Shown here: piece after piece, positions 53,463 through 63,417 of the stretch | Layout: each line of letters begins with the position of its first letter | Numbering within the stretch: the first letter of the stretch is position 1 | Source: an uncultured beta proteobacterium | GTDB lineage: Bacteria > Pseudomonadota > Gammaproteobacteria > Burkholderiales > Rhodocyclaceae | Assembly: GCA_963704195.1 (NCBI GenBank) | Contig: CAVPHH010000009.1 | Span: 296,821 to 360,820, forward strand | Direction of reading: 5' to 3' | Length of the DNA: 64,000 bases | Position numbers and translations under genes: made by a program | The notes under the pieces: model-generated | Told to the model about the DNA's origin: nothing | Seen by the model: only the letters and a program-made list of their open reading frames with translations | The model's database searches: none

Positions 53463-54479
53463 ATGCGCGCACTCGTCACCGGCGGCAACGGACATCTGGG
53501 TTACAACCTCGTCAAGGCACTGCTCGACGGCGGGCATCAGGTGCGCGCCAGCGTACGTTCTCTCGCCGATGCCGCCAAGACGACGCCGCTCGAGCAACTT
53601 GGCGCAGTGGAACTGGTCGAGGCCGAGCTCGACCGCCCCGATCAATTGCGCGCGGCCATGGAGGGCGTCGACGTCCTCTTCCATGCTGCGGCGGTGTACT
53701 CGGTGGCCGAGCGTGGCCGCGACCAGGAAATCATCGAGGCCTCGGTGAAGGGCGCCGAGTTGGCCCTGCGCGCGGCGGCCGACGCGCGCGTGCGCAAGGT
53801 TATCCTGACGTCCTCGATCGTCACCCTACCGATGACCGCGCCGGGCGCGCCGCCGAGCACAGAAGAGGATTGGACGACCGACCTGCGCATCGTCTATTTC
53901 CGCGCCAAGACCGAGGCCGAGCAACTGGCGTGGAAGCTGGCCGGCGAACTCAAGCTCAACATGGCGACAGTGCTGCCCGGCCAGATCGGCGGGCCGGGCT
54001 TCCAGCGCAACACGCCGACGCTGGATCAGATCGAGGCCATGATGAGCGGCGCCTTCCGCATGGGGGTGCCGGATCTCAACATGTTGTACATCGACGTGCG
54101 CGACGTCGCCGCGGTGCATGTGCTGGCGGCGGAGCGCGACGGCCAGGGCCGCTTCATCGCCGTCGCTGACGAGGGACCGACCTGGCGCCGCATCATGGAA
54201 GTCATGCACGAAATCGATCCGCGCGTGAAGCCGGCGCTGATGACCTTGCCGGGCTTCATGAATCCCTTCCTGGTTTATTTCGATCGTATGTTCGCGAAGG
54301 TGTATGGCATACCGCACACTGCATCACCCGAAGTGATCGACACCGTGATGGGCAAGCGCTTCAATGCGAGCAACCGCCGCGCCCGCGAGGTGCTCGGCTG
54401 GGCGCCGATGTTCAGCCTGGAAGACAGCCTGCGCGACACCATGGCGGCAATCCGCGCCCGTCGCGCTTCCGGAAACTAG
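53463..54479 (+). CDS. NAD-dependent epimerase/dehydratase (dihydroflavonol-reductase-like)
   Basis: TGGNGHLG, YFRAK and IDVRDVA. Confidence 0.88.
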   Translation: MRALVTGGNGHLGYNLVKALLDGGHQVRASVRSLADAAKTTPLEQLGAVELVEAELDRPDQLRAAMEGVDVLFHAAAVYSVAERGRDQEIIEASVKGAELALRAAADARVRKVILTSSIVTLPMTAPGAPPSTEEDWTTDLRIVYFRAKTEAEQLAWKLAGELKLNMATVLPGQIGGPGFQRNTPTLDQIEAMMSGAFRMGVPDLNMLYIDVRDVAAVHVLAAERDGQGRFIAVADEGPTWRRIMEVMHEIDPRVKPALMTLPGFMNPFLVYFDRMFAKVYGIPHTASPEVIDTVMGKRFNASNRRAREVLGWAPMFSLEDSLRDTMAAIRARRASGN

Positions 54480-54931
54480 AAAATCCCCAGCGCCACGCCG
54501 CTGGCCATCGCCTCGCCCAGTTCCTCGCAGGCGGACAGATCGGCCGCAGTCACCTCGTTTCGCGCGATGAGCGGCTCGGCGACGCGCTTCCAGCCGTAGC
54601 CGGCGGCGATGCGGTCGATCTGCGTCACCGCGCCGGTGCCGTCGTTGCCGGCGCTGACGAAGAGCGCGTAGGGCAGGCCGACGGTTTTCCCCTCGGCCGG
54701 GTAGTAGGTGCGGTCGAAGAAGTCCTTCACCATGCCGGCCATGGTGCCGAAGTTCTCCGGCGTGCCGATGAGCAGGCCCTGGCAGGCGAGCAGGTCGTCC
54801 AGCGTGGCGTCGCCGGCGCGCAACATTACCGTTTCGGTCTCCGCGGCGCGCTGCGCGCCGCGCAGCACGGCCTCGGCCAACGCGCCGGTGTGGCCGCCCT
54901 GCGTGTGATAGACGATGAGCAGGCGCTTCAT
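54476..54931 (-). CDS. Flavodoxin-family protein
   Basis: YHTQGGHT, GTPENFG and AGNDG. Confidence 0.85.
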   Translation of the reverse strand: MKRLLIVYHTQGGHTGALAEAVLRGAQRAAETETVMLRAGDATLDDLLACQGLLIGTPENFGTMAGMVKDFFDRTYYPAEGKTVGLPYALFVSAGNDGTGAVTQIDRIAAGYGWKRVAEPLIARNEVTAADLSACEELGEAMASGVALGIF

Positions 54932-55689
54932 GGATGCGCGGCGGCCGGATCCTGCCGGTAGAACAGGCGCAACTGCGCATAAACCGCCGGGTATTCCGCC
55001 TGCAGCAGGCGGGGCGCCTCGAAGAACACCTCGCTCGTCACGGCGAAGAACTCGGCGGGATGCTCGGCGGCATAGGGATCGATCGCCGTCTCCTCGCCTT
55101 CATCGATGCGCGCGCAGAAGTCCTCGTAGGCCGGCTCGAAGGCGTCGATCCAGTCCTGGCGGCGCATGCCCTCGTGCAGCGGCGGCAGGCCGTCGGGCGG
55201 GCCGTTGAGCATGTCCAGCTTGTGGGCGAACTCGTGGATCACCACGTTCATGCCGTCCGCCTCTTCCGGCCGGTCGAACCAGGAGACCAGCACCGGGCCA
55301 CCCTCCCAGGCCTCGCCGGCCACGTTGTCCACGAACTCGTGCACCACGCCGTCTTCCGACATCAGCCGGCGCGGGATGACGAAGTCGCCCGGATAGACGA
55401 TCACGCCGACCCAGCCGCGGTAGGAGTCGAGGCCGAGGTTGAGCACCGGCAGGCAGGCCTGCAGGGCGATGGAGAGCTGGATGTCCGGCGTCAGCGTCAG
55501 CCCCTGCGCGCCGCTCCATTCCTTCTGCGCGATGAAAAGCAGCGCCATCTCGCGCAGCCGCGACAGGTCGGCCTGGGCGAGGCAGTCGAGGAACGGCAAC
55601 CCGGCTTCCACCTGCGCCCATAGTGCCGGGGGAATTGCACGGGCAGGTGGCGCGGTCATGCCGAAGAGTTGTTTGATGGCATGCAACAT
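54928..55689 (-). CDS. MtfA-family (M90) zinc peptidase
   Basis: NVVIHEFAHKLD and DPYAAEHPAEFFAV. Confidence 0.88.
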   Translation of the reverse strand: MLHAIKQLFGMTAPPARAIPPALWAQVEAGLPFLDCLAQADLSRLREMALLFIAQKEWSGAQGLTLTPDIQLSIALQACLPVLNLGLDSYRGWVGVIVYPGDFVIPRRLMSEDGVVHEFVDNVAGEAWEGGPVLVSWFDRPEEADGMNVVIHEFAHKLDMLNGPPDGLPPLHEGMRRQDWIDAFEPAYEDFCARIDEGEETAIDPYAAEHPAEFFAVTSEVFFEAPRLLQAEYPAVYAQLRLFYRQDPAAAHP

Positions 55690-55751
55690 CAGGTTAGGAT
55701 AAGCGAACTTGGGTCGGCTCGGGGCCGGCCGATTGCAGAGACCCTGCCGCC

Positions 55752-56216
55752 ATGTCAGCCTACTCCGCCACCATCCTCTGGCAGCGCAACGGCGCCGCCT
55801 TTACCGACCAGCGCTACAGCCGCGCACACGTCTGGCAGTTCGACGGCGGCGTGGAGGTGCCGGGTTCGAGTTCGCCGCACACGGTGCCGCTGCCGTACTC
55901 GAATGCGCAGGCGGTGGATCCGGAGGAGGCCTTCGTCGCCGCACTGTCGAGCTGCCACATGCTGTGGTTCCTGCACATCGCGGCGCAACGCGGCTTCGTC
56001 GTCGAACGCTACGAGGACAAGGCCGACGGCGTCATGGCGGAAAACGCCGAGGGCAAGCTGGCCATGACGCGGGTGACACTGCGCCCGCGCGTCGATTTCG
56101 CCGGGGAGAAGCGACCGAACCGGGAGGACATCGAAGACCTGCATCACGCGGCGCACGCGGAATGCTTCATCGCCAATTCGGTGAAGAGCGAGGTGCGCTG
56201 CGAGCCGGTTTTCTGA
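55752..56216 (+). CDS. OsmC-family protein
   Basis: DPEEAFVAALSSCHML and CFIANSV. Confidence 0.9.
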   Translation: MSAYSATILWQRNGAAFTDQRYSRAHVWQFDGGVEVPGSSSPHTVPLPYSNAQAVDPEEAFVAALSSCHMLWFLHIAAQRGFVVERYEDKADGVMAENAEGKLAMTRVTLRPRVDFAGEKRPNREDIEDLHHAAHAECFIANSVKSEVRCEPVF

Positions 56217-56309
56217 CATGCGGGTCGTTGTACTGTGCCGGTTGCGCCAGATCAAGTTTCCGTCCTATGCCGTTGCTAGACTGTTTGCATAGGCAACGGT
56301 ATAGCGGCA

Positions 56310-57728
56310 ATGGGCGAAGAAATAGCCAGAAGCGAATTCAACGCAGCGGACTTCAAGCGATTCAATGCGCAGTTGGCCGGCGAGACGGCGCTGCTGCGCG
56401 ACCTGTTTGCACAGGGGCGGATGGCGTCCTCCGGTTATGTATTCGGCTTCGAACTCGAGGCCTGGCTGCTCGACCACGCCCATTTTCCGTATTCCATCAA
56501 TGAAGCTTTCCTGGCGCACCTGAACCACCCGCTGGTGGTGCCGGAACTGTCGCGTTTCAACGTCGAATTGAACGGCGCGCCGCTGGCTTTGCGTGGCGAT
56601 GCGCTGCTGCGCGCCGAGATGGAGCTCGAACGCCTGTGGAATCACTGCAACGCGGCCGCGCATGCCTTGGATGCCCACATGGTCATGATCGGCACGCTGC
56701 CGACCATCCGCGACGAGGACCTCTCGCTCGACAATATCTCGCCGCTGAAGCGCTACTACGCGCTCAACAACGAAGTGCTGCGGCGCCGGCGGGGGCGGCC
56801 ACTGCGTGTGGACATCGCCGGCCGCGAGCGGCTGGTGGCCGAGCACAACGATGTCATGCTGGAAGCGGCGGCCACCTCCTTCCAGGTGCACCTGCAGGTG
56901 CCGGCAAAGCTGGCGCACCGTTTCTACAATGCCTCTGTGGCGGTGTCGGGGCCGCTTCTGGCGGCCTGCGGCAATGCCCCCTTCCTCTTCGGGCGCAGTC
57001 TGTGGGAGGAGACGCGCATTCCGCTCTTCGAACAGGCGGTGTCGCTGACGGGCATGCATGCGGACAGCCGCCGCGTCACCTTCGGCAGCGGCTATCTGCA
57101 AGCCTCGGTGCTGGAGTGCTTCGAGGAAAACCTGAGCGAGTACCCGGTTCTGCTGCCGCTGGCGTATCAAGGGCAAGCGGCGGCATTCAACCACCTGCGA
57201 CTGCACAACGGCACCATCTGGCGCTGGAACCGGCCGCTGATCGGCATTGACGGCAAGGGCACACCCCATGTGCGCATCGAGCACCGCACCCTGCCGGCGG
57301 GGCCGAGCATCCTCGACATGATCGCCAACGCCGCGGCCTATGTCGGGCTGGTTTATGCGCTGGTGCATGAGAGCGATGATGAGACCCTCGGCCTGCCCTT
57401 CGAGGCGGCACGGCAGAATTTTTATGCGGCGGCACGGGAAGGCCTGCGGGCACGCCTCCAATGGCCAAGCGCAGGCGAGGCGGGGTCGCGCGACCTGCTC
57501 GAGCAGGAACTGCTGCCGCGCGCCGCGCGCGGGCTGGCCATGCTGGATATCGACGCGGAGGACATCGATCGCTACCTCGGCGTGCTGCGCGCACGCATCG
57601 CCTGCGGCGGCACGGGAGCGGCGTGGCAGCAGGCGTGTTTCGCAAATCACCGCGATTTCTTCGAACTGATGGCCACCTATTGCGAGCGGCAGCGCAGTCG
57701 TGCGCCGGTGCATGAATGGGATTTGTAA
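56310..57728 (+). CDS. Glutamate--cysteine ligase-like (GCS2 carboxylate-amine ligase)
   Basis: GFELEAW, SFQVHLQV, ETRIPLFEQ, NGTIWRWNRP and RIEHR. Confidence 0.8.
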   Translation: MGEEIARSEFNAADFKRFNAQLAGETALLRDLFAQGRMASSGYVFGFELEAWLLDHAHFPYSINEAFLAHLNHPLVVPELSRFNVELNGAPLALRGDALLRAEMELERLWNHCNAAAHALDAHMVMIGTLPTIRDEDLSLDNISPLKRYYALNNEVLRRRRGRPLRVDIAGRERLVAEHNDVMLEAAATSFQVHLQVPAKLAHRFYNASVAVSGPLLAACGNAPFLFGRSLWEETRIPLFEQAVSLTGMHADSRRVTFGSGYLQASVLECFEENLSEYPVLLPLAYQGQAAAFNHLRLHNGTIWRWNRPLIGIDGKGTPHVRIEHRTLPAGPSILDMIANAAAYVGLVYALVHESDDETLGLPFEAARQNFYAAAREGLRARLQWPSAGEAGSRDLLEQELLPRAARGLAMLDIDAEDIDRYLGVLRARIACGGTGAAWQQACFANHRDFFELMATYCERQRSRAPVHEWDL

Positions 57729-57733
57729 AAGCA

Positions 57734-58744
57734 ATGATGTCCTTGAGAATCTTCGAATCCCTGCCACCCGGCCTGCTGGAGGCGAACGCCGCTTCCCTGG
57801 AGGCCCTGCTGGGCGGCCCGGCGCTCATCCACCTGCCGGGCCGGCGTCCCGAGCCGCTCTTCGTCACCGTGCTGCTGCATGGCAATGAAACCACCGGCTT
57901 CGAGGCCGTCCAGTCCGTGCTGCGGCGCTGGCAGGGCCGCGAATTGCCGCGCGCGTTGTCACTGTTCATCGGCAACGTCGCGGCGGCGCGCGCCGGCCTG
58001 CGGCGGCTGGCCGTGCAGCCCGACTACAACCGCGTCTGGCCAGGCACGGAGACGCCCGATCTGCCGGAGGCGGCGCTGATGGCCGAGGTCGTCGAGCGCA
58101 TGCGTACACGCCGCCCCTTCGCCAGCATCGACATCCACAACAACACAGGCATCAACCCGCACTATGCCTGCGTGGTGCGGCTGGAGCCGTCCTTCCTGCG
58201 CCTGGCCCAGTTGTTCAGCCGCATCGCCGTCCATTTCCAGCGGCCGCTGGGTGTGCAGGCGACTGCGGTGGCGGAGCTATGTCCGGCGGTGGCGGTGGAA
58301 TGCGGCAAGATCGGCGGCCAGGCCAGCATCGCGCATGCGGCGGAATTCGTCGAGGCGGTACTGCATCTCGACCATTTTCCGCAGCATCCCGTGCCGGCGC
58401 GCGACCTCGAACTGATGCATACCGTGGCCATCGTCAAGGTTCCACCGGGCGCGAGCTTTTCCTTCGATGGCAGCGCTGCGGATTTCCGCTTCCGCGGCGA
58501 CCTCGATCACTTGAACTTCCGCGAGATGAAGCCGGGCACTGCCCTCGGCCATCTCACGCCGGGCAGCGAGGCGCGCCTGCAGGTACTGCCGGGCGGCCAG
58601 GCGCCACTGAAAGGGGAGTACTTCGATTATGCCGATGGCGAGATTCGCCTCGTGCGGCCGATGGTGCCGGCCATGCTGACGATAGATCCGCTGGCGGTGA
58701 AGAACGATTGCCTGTGCTACCTGATGGAGCGCATTGCTTTCTGA
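57734..58744 (+). CDS. M14 metallopeptidase (AstE/AspA deacylase-like)
   Basis: LHGNE, YNRVW, IDIHN and ECG zinc/catalytic motifs. Confidence 0.82.
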   Translation: MMSLRIFESLPPGLLEANAASLEALLGGPALIHLPGRRPEPLFVTVLLHGNETTGFEAVQSVLRRWQGRELPRALSLFIGNVAAARAGLRRLAVQPDYNRVWPGTETPDLPEAALMAEVVERMRTRRPFASIDIHNNTGINPHYACVVRLEPSFLRLAQLFSRIAVHFQRPLGVQATAVAELCPAVAVECGKIGGQASIAHAAEFVEAVLHLDHFPQHPVPARDLELMHTVAIVKVPPGASFSFDGSAADFRFRGDLDHLNFREMKPGTALGHLTPGSEARLQVLPGGQAPLKGEYFDYADGEIRLVRPMVPAMLTIDPLAVKNDCLCYLMERIAF

Positions 58745-58817
58745 CTTGCAGTGGACTGTAACCGGAAGGGGTTGAAGTATCATGCGACAGATGTCACTAG
58801 CATCTTCAGGGGAAGCG

Positions 58818-59507
58818 ATGAAATCGCATAAGAGATGGATCTACGGTGGCCTGCTTTTCCTGCTGGCCTGTGTGGGTGCTTCGGCGCAGGCGCAGAAAAT
58901 GTACCGTTGCGGCAATACCTATCAGGACCGGCCATGTGCCGGCGGGCTGCAGGGCAAGGTCATCGGCAGCGCCGGCGCGTCGCAGTCGGCCGCCGTCCCT
59001 GTGGAGGATGTCCAGTGCGCGCGGCGTGGCGCGCAGGCGCAGAAGATCATGTGGGCGAAAGAGTCGGGCAGAACCGAGGAAATGCAATTGACCGCCGCCA
59101 CTAGTGGTCATGAAAAACAGTTGATCGGCGAGGTGTACCGCAAGCGCGGCTCCTCAGTCGAGGTGCGTGCGGCGATAGAGGCAGACTGCTTGGCTGAGAG
59201 GCAGCGTGCAGTCCAGGCGGCGGCGCTGATAGAGGCGGCGGCGAAATTGCAGGGACAGGGCGTTCCCGCTACAGCGGTTGCCGCGCCGGCCGCCAGATCA
59301 GCGCCCGACCCCGATATTGAGGCCAGAAGGCAGCGGGAGACAGAGGTGCGCCTCGCGGCTGACAAGAAAGTGCGTTGCGACGGAATAGCCACGCGGCTCG
59401 ACAGCATCCGTAACAACCAGCGAACGGGTGGCAATGCTGCCACGATGGATTCCCTGCGCAGTCAGCAGCGAAAAGCTGAAGAGGAATTGAGGAGTACCGG
59501 TTGCTAG
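58818..59507 (+). CDS. Secreted DUF4124-like protein
   Basis: Signal peptide, then MYRCGNTYQDRPC; coiled C-terminus with paired Cys. Confidence 0.65.
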   Translation: MKSHKRWIYGGLLFLLACVGASAQAQKMYRCGNTYQDRPCAGGLQGKVIGSAGASQSAAVPVEDVQCARRGAQAQKIMWAKESGRTEEMQLTAATSGHEKQLIGEVYRKRGSSVEVRAAIEADCLAERQRAVQAAALIEAAAKLQGQGVPATAVAAPAARSAPDPDIEARRQRETEVRLAADKKVRCDGIATRLDSIRNNQRTGGNAATMDSLRSQQRKAEEELRSTGC

Positions 59508-59513
59508 GTTCAG

Positions 59514-60416
59514 TTAGGCGCGCACCCGCGTGGTGAGGAAGATTCCGGCGAGGATGAGGGCAATGCCGGCGAGGTGGTAGAGCGCCGGCTGCTCGCCGAG
59601 AAACACCATGGACAGCAGCGTGCCGAAGGCCGGCATGAGGTGCATGAACTGGCCGGCGCGGTTGCCGCCGACCTCCGCCACGGCGCGGTTCCAGAAGATG
59701 AAGCCCAGCGCCGCCGGGAAGATGCCGGCGTAGGCGATGGCGGCAAAGGCTGGCGCGCCCGGCACGATGAGACTGCCGGAAGCCATTTCCCACAGATAGA
59801 AGGGCGCCAGCCCGGCCAGACCCCACAAGGTGATGGCGGAGAGGAATGAGAGGGCGTGCAGGGTTGGCGGCCGATGTGCCAGCAGCACGGTGTACAGCGC
59901 CCAGAAGAGCATCGCCGCCAGCACCCAGAGATCGCCCGCGTTCGGGCGCAATTCCAGCAGGCGCGCTATTTCGCCGTGGGCGATGATGGCCACGACGCCG
60001 GCAAAGGACACCATCACCCCCAGCCATTCCAGCCGGCTGAGGCGCTTGCCGAACAGCGCCCAGGACAGGCCGATGATCATGATGGGGGTCGCCGAGGCGA
60101 GCAGTACGCCGTTGGTGGCTGTGGTAAGGGCCAGGCCGGTGTAGGTCAGGGCGTTGTGGCAGGCGCCGCCGAAGAGCCCGAGCGGGGCCAGCACCTTCCA
60201 GTGCGCGAGGGTCTCGCGCCATTGCGCGCGCAGGTGCGGCCAGGCCCAGGGCAGCAGGCAGGCGAAGGCGATCGCCCAACGCCAGAAGGACAGCGCGATG
60301 GGCGGCACATCGTCGCGGATCCAGCGGCCGACCACCCAGTTGCCCGACCAGAACAGCACGGTCAGGGTCAGCAACAGGTAGGCGAAGGCACGCGAAGGGG
60401 GCGGAGTGGCGGGCAA
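59514..60416 (-). CDS. DMT (EamA) family transporter
   Basis: FWSGNWVVG, GDLWVL and about ten TM segments. Confidence 0.88.
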   Translation of the reverse strand: MPATPPPSRAFAYLLLTLTVLFWSGNWVVGRWIRDDVPPIALSFWRWAIAFACLLPWAWPHLRAQWRETLAHWKVLAPLGLFGGACHNALTYTGLALTTATNGVLLASATPIMIIGLSWALFGKRLSRLEWLGVMVSFAGVVAIIAHGEIARLLELRPNAGDLWVLAAMLFWALYTVLLAHRPPTLHALSFLSAITLWGLAGLAPFYLWEMASGSLIVPGAPAFAAIAYAGIFPAALGFIFWNRAVAEVGGNRAGQFMHLMPAFGTLLSMVFLGEQPALYHLAGIALILAGIFLTTRVRA

Positions 60417-60561
60417 GTTGCTTCCTCGACAATTATTTTAGAGGGGATACTGTTGATCGAGGTCAAATCTTAGGGCGGTTTATGGCACCATTATGCCTCT
60501 CAATGGCCCGTGCGGCGCTTCCGGCGCCCGGCCATGATGGAGGCAGTAATTGGAGGCTGTA

Positions 60562-62364
60562 ATGGGCGAGATCAAACCGCCGACCGGCGAACCCGGCGCG
60601 CCGGTGGCAGAGCAACGCGAATACCTTTCCGACGACCCGCGTGACATCGGCTGGGTCAAGCAGAACGTCCCCTGCCAGACGGCCTGTCCGGCGGGCACCA
60701 ACGTCCCGGTTTACATCCGGGAAATCATCGAGCGCCAGTACGGCCGCTCCTACGAAACCAACCGCGAAGCGAATGTCCTGCCCGGCGTGCTCGGCCGCAT
60801 CTGCTCGCGGCCCTGCGAGGCGCAGTGCCGCCACGGCTGGCCGGGTAACGGCGAGCCGGTGGCGATCTGCCACCTGAAGCGCGTCGCGTCCGATCTCAAG
60901 GACGCCGGCCATCGCATCACCGAGCGCCTGTATTCGCCCACCGGCAAGCGCGTGGCCATTGTCGGCGCGGGGCCGGCCGGGGTGGCGGCGGCGCACGACC
61001 TGTCGCTGCTCGGCCACGACGTGGTGATCTTCGAGCGCGAGGAGCGCGCCGGCGGCATGCTGCGCTACGGCATCCCGGAATTCCGCCTGCCGCGCGACAC
61101 GCTGGACATCGAGCTGCACAATGCGCTGCGCCTCGGCGTGCAAATACGTACCGGCGTGGAGATCGGCAACAAGGACGGCCAGATGCCGATGGGCAAGCTG
61201 CAACAGGAGTTCGATGCCGTCCTGCTCGCCACTGGCTGCATGGCCGCTTCGCCGCTGCCGCTGCTGGGCGAATGGGAGAAGCGCGAACTGCGCGGCATGG
61301 AAGGCGTCGAGTACGGCCTGGATTTCCTCATGGAGATGCACCGCGGCGTGGAAAAGGCCGTCGGCAAGCGCGTGGCGGTCGTCGGCGCCGGCTTCACGGC
61401 GCTGGATTGCGCGCGCGTGGCGGCGCGCCTGGGGGCGCAGGACGTCACCATCCACATCCGCACGGCGGAGGAGTACATCCCGGTGACGCAGGAGGAGATC
61501 TTCGAGGCGAAGCGCGAGGGCGTGCGCATCAAGGGCCTGCGCACCCCGGTCGGCCTGATGGCGGAGGGCAACCGGCTGACCGGCATCGAGTTCGTGCAGA
61601 ACCGCCTCGGCGGCTGGCGCAGCAACGGCCGCCGCCAGGCCATTGCCATCGAGGGCTCGGAATTCATCGAGCCGTGCGACACGATCATCATCGCCATCGG
61701 CCAGCAGACGGCGAACGACTATCTCGGCACCAAGCTGGAACTCGACCGCTGGGGCAACGTGCGCATCGGCGTGGACGGTATGACCTCGCACAAGGGAATG
61801 TTCGCCGCCGGCGATTACGTCAGCGGCGCCTCGACGGTGGTGCAGGCGGTCGGCCACGGCCGCCAGGTAGCCAAGCGCATCGACGCCTGGCTGATGGGCC
61901 GCGAGCGGCGCAAGCAGGTGGTGCGCATCGTGCCGGTGGAGAAACCATTGCGCGAGCGCGCCTTCGATTTCATCACGCGGCAGCACATGCCGACGGCGCA
62001 ACTAGACGAGCGCATGCGCGACGGCAAGCATGAGGTGGAACTCGGTCTCGACGAGAAACTGGCCTTCGAGGAGGCCAAGCGCTGCTACCTGTGCAACCTG
62101 CGCTACCAGATCGACGTCGACCGCTGCATCTTCTGCCGCGCCTGCATCGAGGTCGCGCCGAGGAACTGCATCAAGCTCGTGCGCGGCGTCGAGATCGATG
62201 AGCAGGGCGCCTACGGCAAGCTGCTGGAGACCAAGGAGTGGAACCAGGTCGGCGCCATCTGGATCGACAACAACGAGTGCATCCGCTGCGGCCAGTGCTA
62301 CACCGCCTGCCCCGTGCAGTGCATCTCGATCTCGCGCTGCGAACTGACCGAAGTGGAGATCTGA
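60562..62364 (+). CDS. GltD-like Fe-S flavoprotein with C-terminal ferredoxin domain
   Basis: CQTACP, CSRPCEAQC, GAGPAG, YGIPEFRLP, RCYLC and CIRCGQCYTACP. Confidence 0.82.
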   Translation: MGEIKPPTGEPGAPVAEQREYLSDDPRDIGWVKQNVPCQTACPAGTNVPVYIREIIERQYGRSYETNREANVLPGVLGRICSRPCEAQCRHGWPGNGEPVAICHLKRVASDLKDAGHRITERLYSPTGKRVAIVGAGPAGVAAAHDLSLLGHDVVIFEREERAGGMLRYGIPEFRLPRDTLDIELHNALRLGVQIRTGVEIGNKDGQMPMGKLQQEFDAVLLATGCMAASPLPLLGEWEKRELRGMEGVEYGLDFLMEMHRGVEKAVGKRVAVVGAGFTALDCARVAARLGAQDVTIHIRTAEEYIPVTQEEIFEAKREGVRIKGLRTPVGLMAEGNRLTGIEFVQNRLGGWRSNGRRQAIAIEGSEFIEPCDTIIIAIGQQTANDYLGTKLELDRWGNVRIGVDGMTSHKGMFAAGDYVSGASTVVQAVGHGRQVAKRIDAWLMGRERRKQVVRIVPVEKPLRERAFDFITRQHMPTAQLDERMRDGKHEVELGLDEKLAFEEAKRCYLCNLRYQIDVDRCIFCRACIEVAPRNCIKLVRGVEIDEQGAYGKLLETKEWNQVGAIWIDNNECIRCGQCYTACPVQCISISRCELTEVEI

Positions 62365-63417
62365 ATGGCAGAAGCGAACCGGAAAGTGCGCCACCATGTC
62401 ATCGTCGGCAGCGGCGTGGCCGGCAGCCAGGCGGCGGAAACTCTGCGCGAGTGCGAGCCTGACGCGCGCATCAGCATCCTCACGCTGTCCAGTCTGCTCT
62501 TCTACAACCGCTACGACCTGCCCAAGGTATTCCGCGGCCACCGCGACTGGCGCGAGTACCTCGTCTATCCGGCGGCGTACTACCGCGACTGGCGCATCAA
62601 CGTGCGGCGCTGCAGCCGCGTCGCCGGCGTCGATGCGCGCAGGCGCGTCATCGCCCTCGACCACAAGGAGGAGATCCGCTTCGACACCCTGCTGGTGGCC
62701 TCCGGCGGGCGCGGCTACATCCCCGAGGACCTGACGGATTTCCGCCCGCTGATGCACGGCTTTTCCAGCTACACCGAGGCCATGGCGGCCGCCAACCAGG
62801 TGCCGAAGAAGGGGCACGTCATCATGCTCGGCGGCGACATGATCGGGCTGGACCTGGCGCGCACGCTGCTCGAGACGCGGCACCGCGTCACCCTGGTGGC
62901 CGGCCAAAATACATTCTGGCCGCACGAGGTGGATGACGATGAGCGTCCCGCCCTGATCGCGGCGCTGGAGAAGATGGGGATCGAAGTGGTCGAAGGGGCC
63001 GACGCGGGCGGCATCGCCTCGATCGAGCAGGGTGCGCCCGGCCTCTCGGCGCGGCGCGTGCAGTTCCGCGACGGCACCGAGCTGTACGGCGACGTGGTGA
63101 TGCCGTTCTTCGGCCTCTCGCCCTCGGTCGAATTCATGCTCGGCTCGGGCGTCGACATCGAGCGCGGCCTGCTGGTCAACCCGGCGCTGCGCACCACCAC
63201 CGAGGGCATCTTTGCCGCCGGCGACGTCTGCCAGATCTGGTCGGACGCCGAGCGGCGCTACCGCTTCTATTACGGCTGGAAGAACGTGCGCGCGATGGGC
63301 GACCTCGCCGCGCGCAATATCACCGGCAGCAGCGATCCCTGGGTGCCGGCGCAGGATGAAAAGCTGCACATTTCCGGCGACGGCAAGATCCAGTCGCCGT
63401 TCTGGGAGTACGCATAG
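62365..63417 (+). CDS. FAD-dependent pyridine nucleotide-disulfide oxidoreductase (rubredoxin/ferredoxin-reductase-like)
   Basis: GSGVAG, YNRYDL and TTTEGIFAAGDV. Confidence 0.8.
   Translation: MAEANRKVRHHVIVGSGVAGSQAAETLRECEPDARISILTLSSLLFYNRYDLPKVFRGHRDWREYLVYPAAYYRDWRINVRRCSRVAGVDARRRVIALDHKEEIRFDTLLVASGGRGYIPEDLTDFRPLMHGFSSYTEAMAAANQVPKKGHVIMLGGDMIGLDLARTLLETRHRVTLVAGQNTFWPHEVDDDERPALIAALEKMGIEVVEGADAGGIASIEQGAPGLSARRVQFRDGTELYGDVVMPFFGLSPSVEFMLGSGVDIERGLLVNPALRTTTEGIFAAGDVCQIWSDAERRYRFYYGWKNVRAMGDLAARNITGSSDPWVPAQDEKLHISGDGKIQSPFWEYA

Noticed and set aside
59508-59520. GTTAGGC after the DUF4124 gene as an attC core
   Set aside because: It coincides with the stop codon of the convergent DMT gene, and there is no matching RYYYAAC or palindrome.
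60562-62364. DsrL or gltD assignment
   Set aside because: The domain layout is similar, but no dsr or gltB gene is adjacent. The context is a 2-oxoacid oxidoreductase, so no symbol is given.
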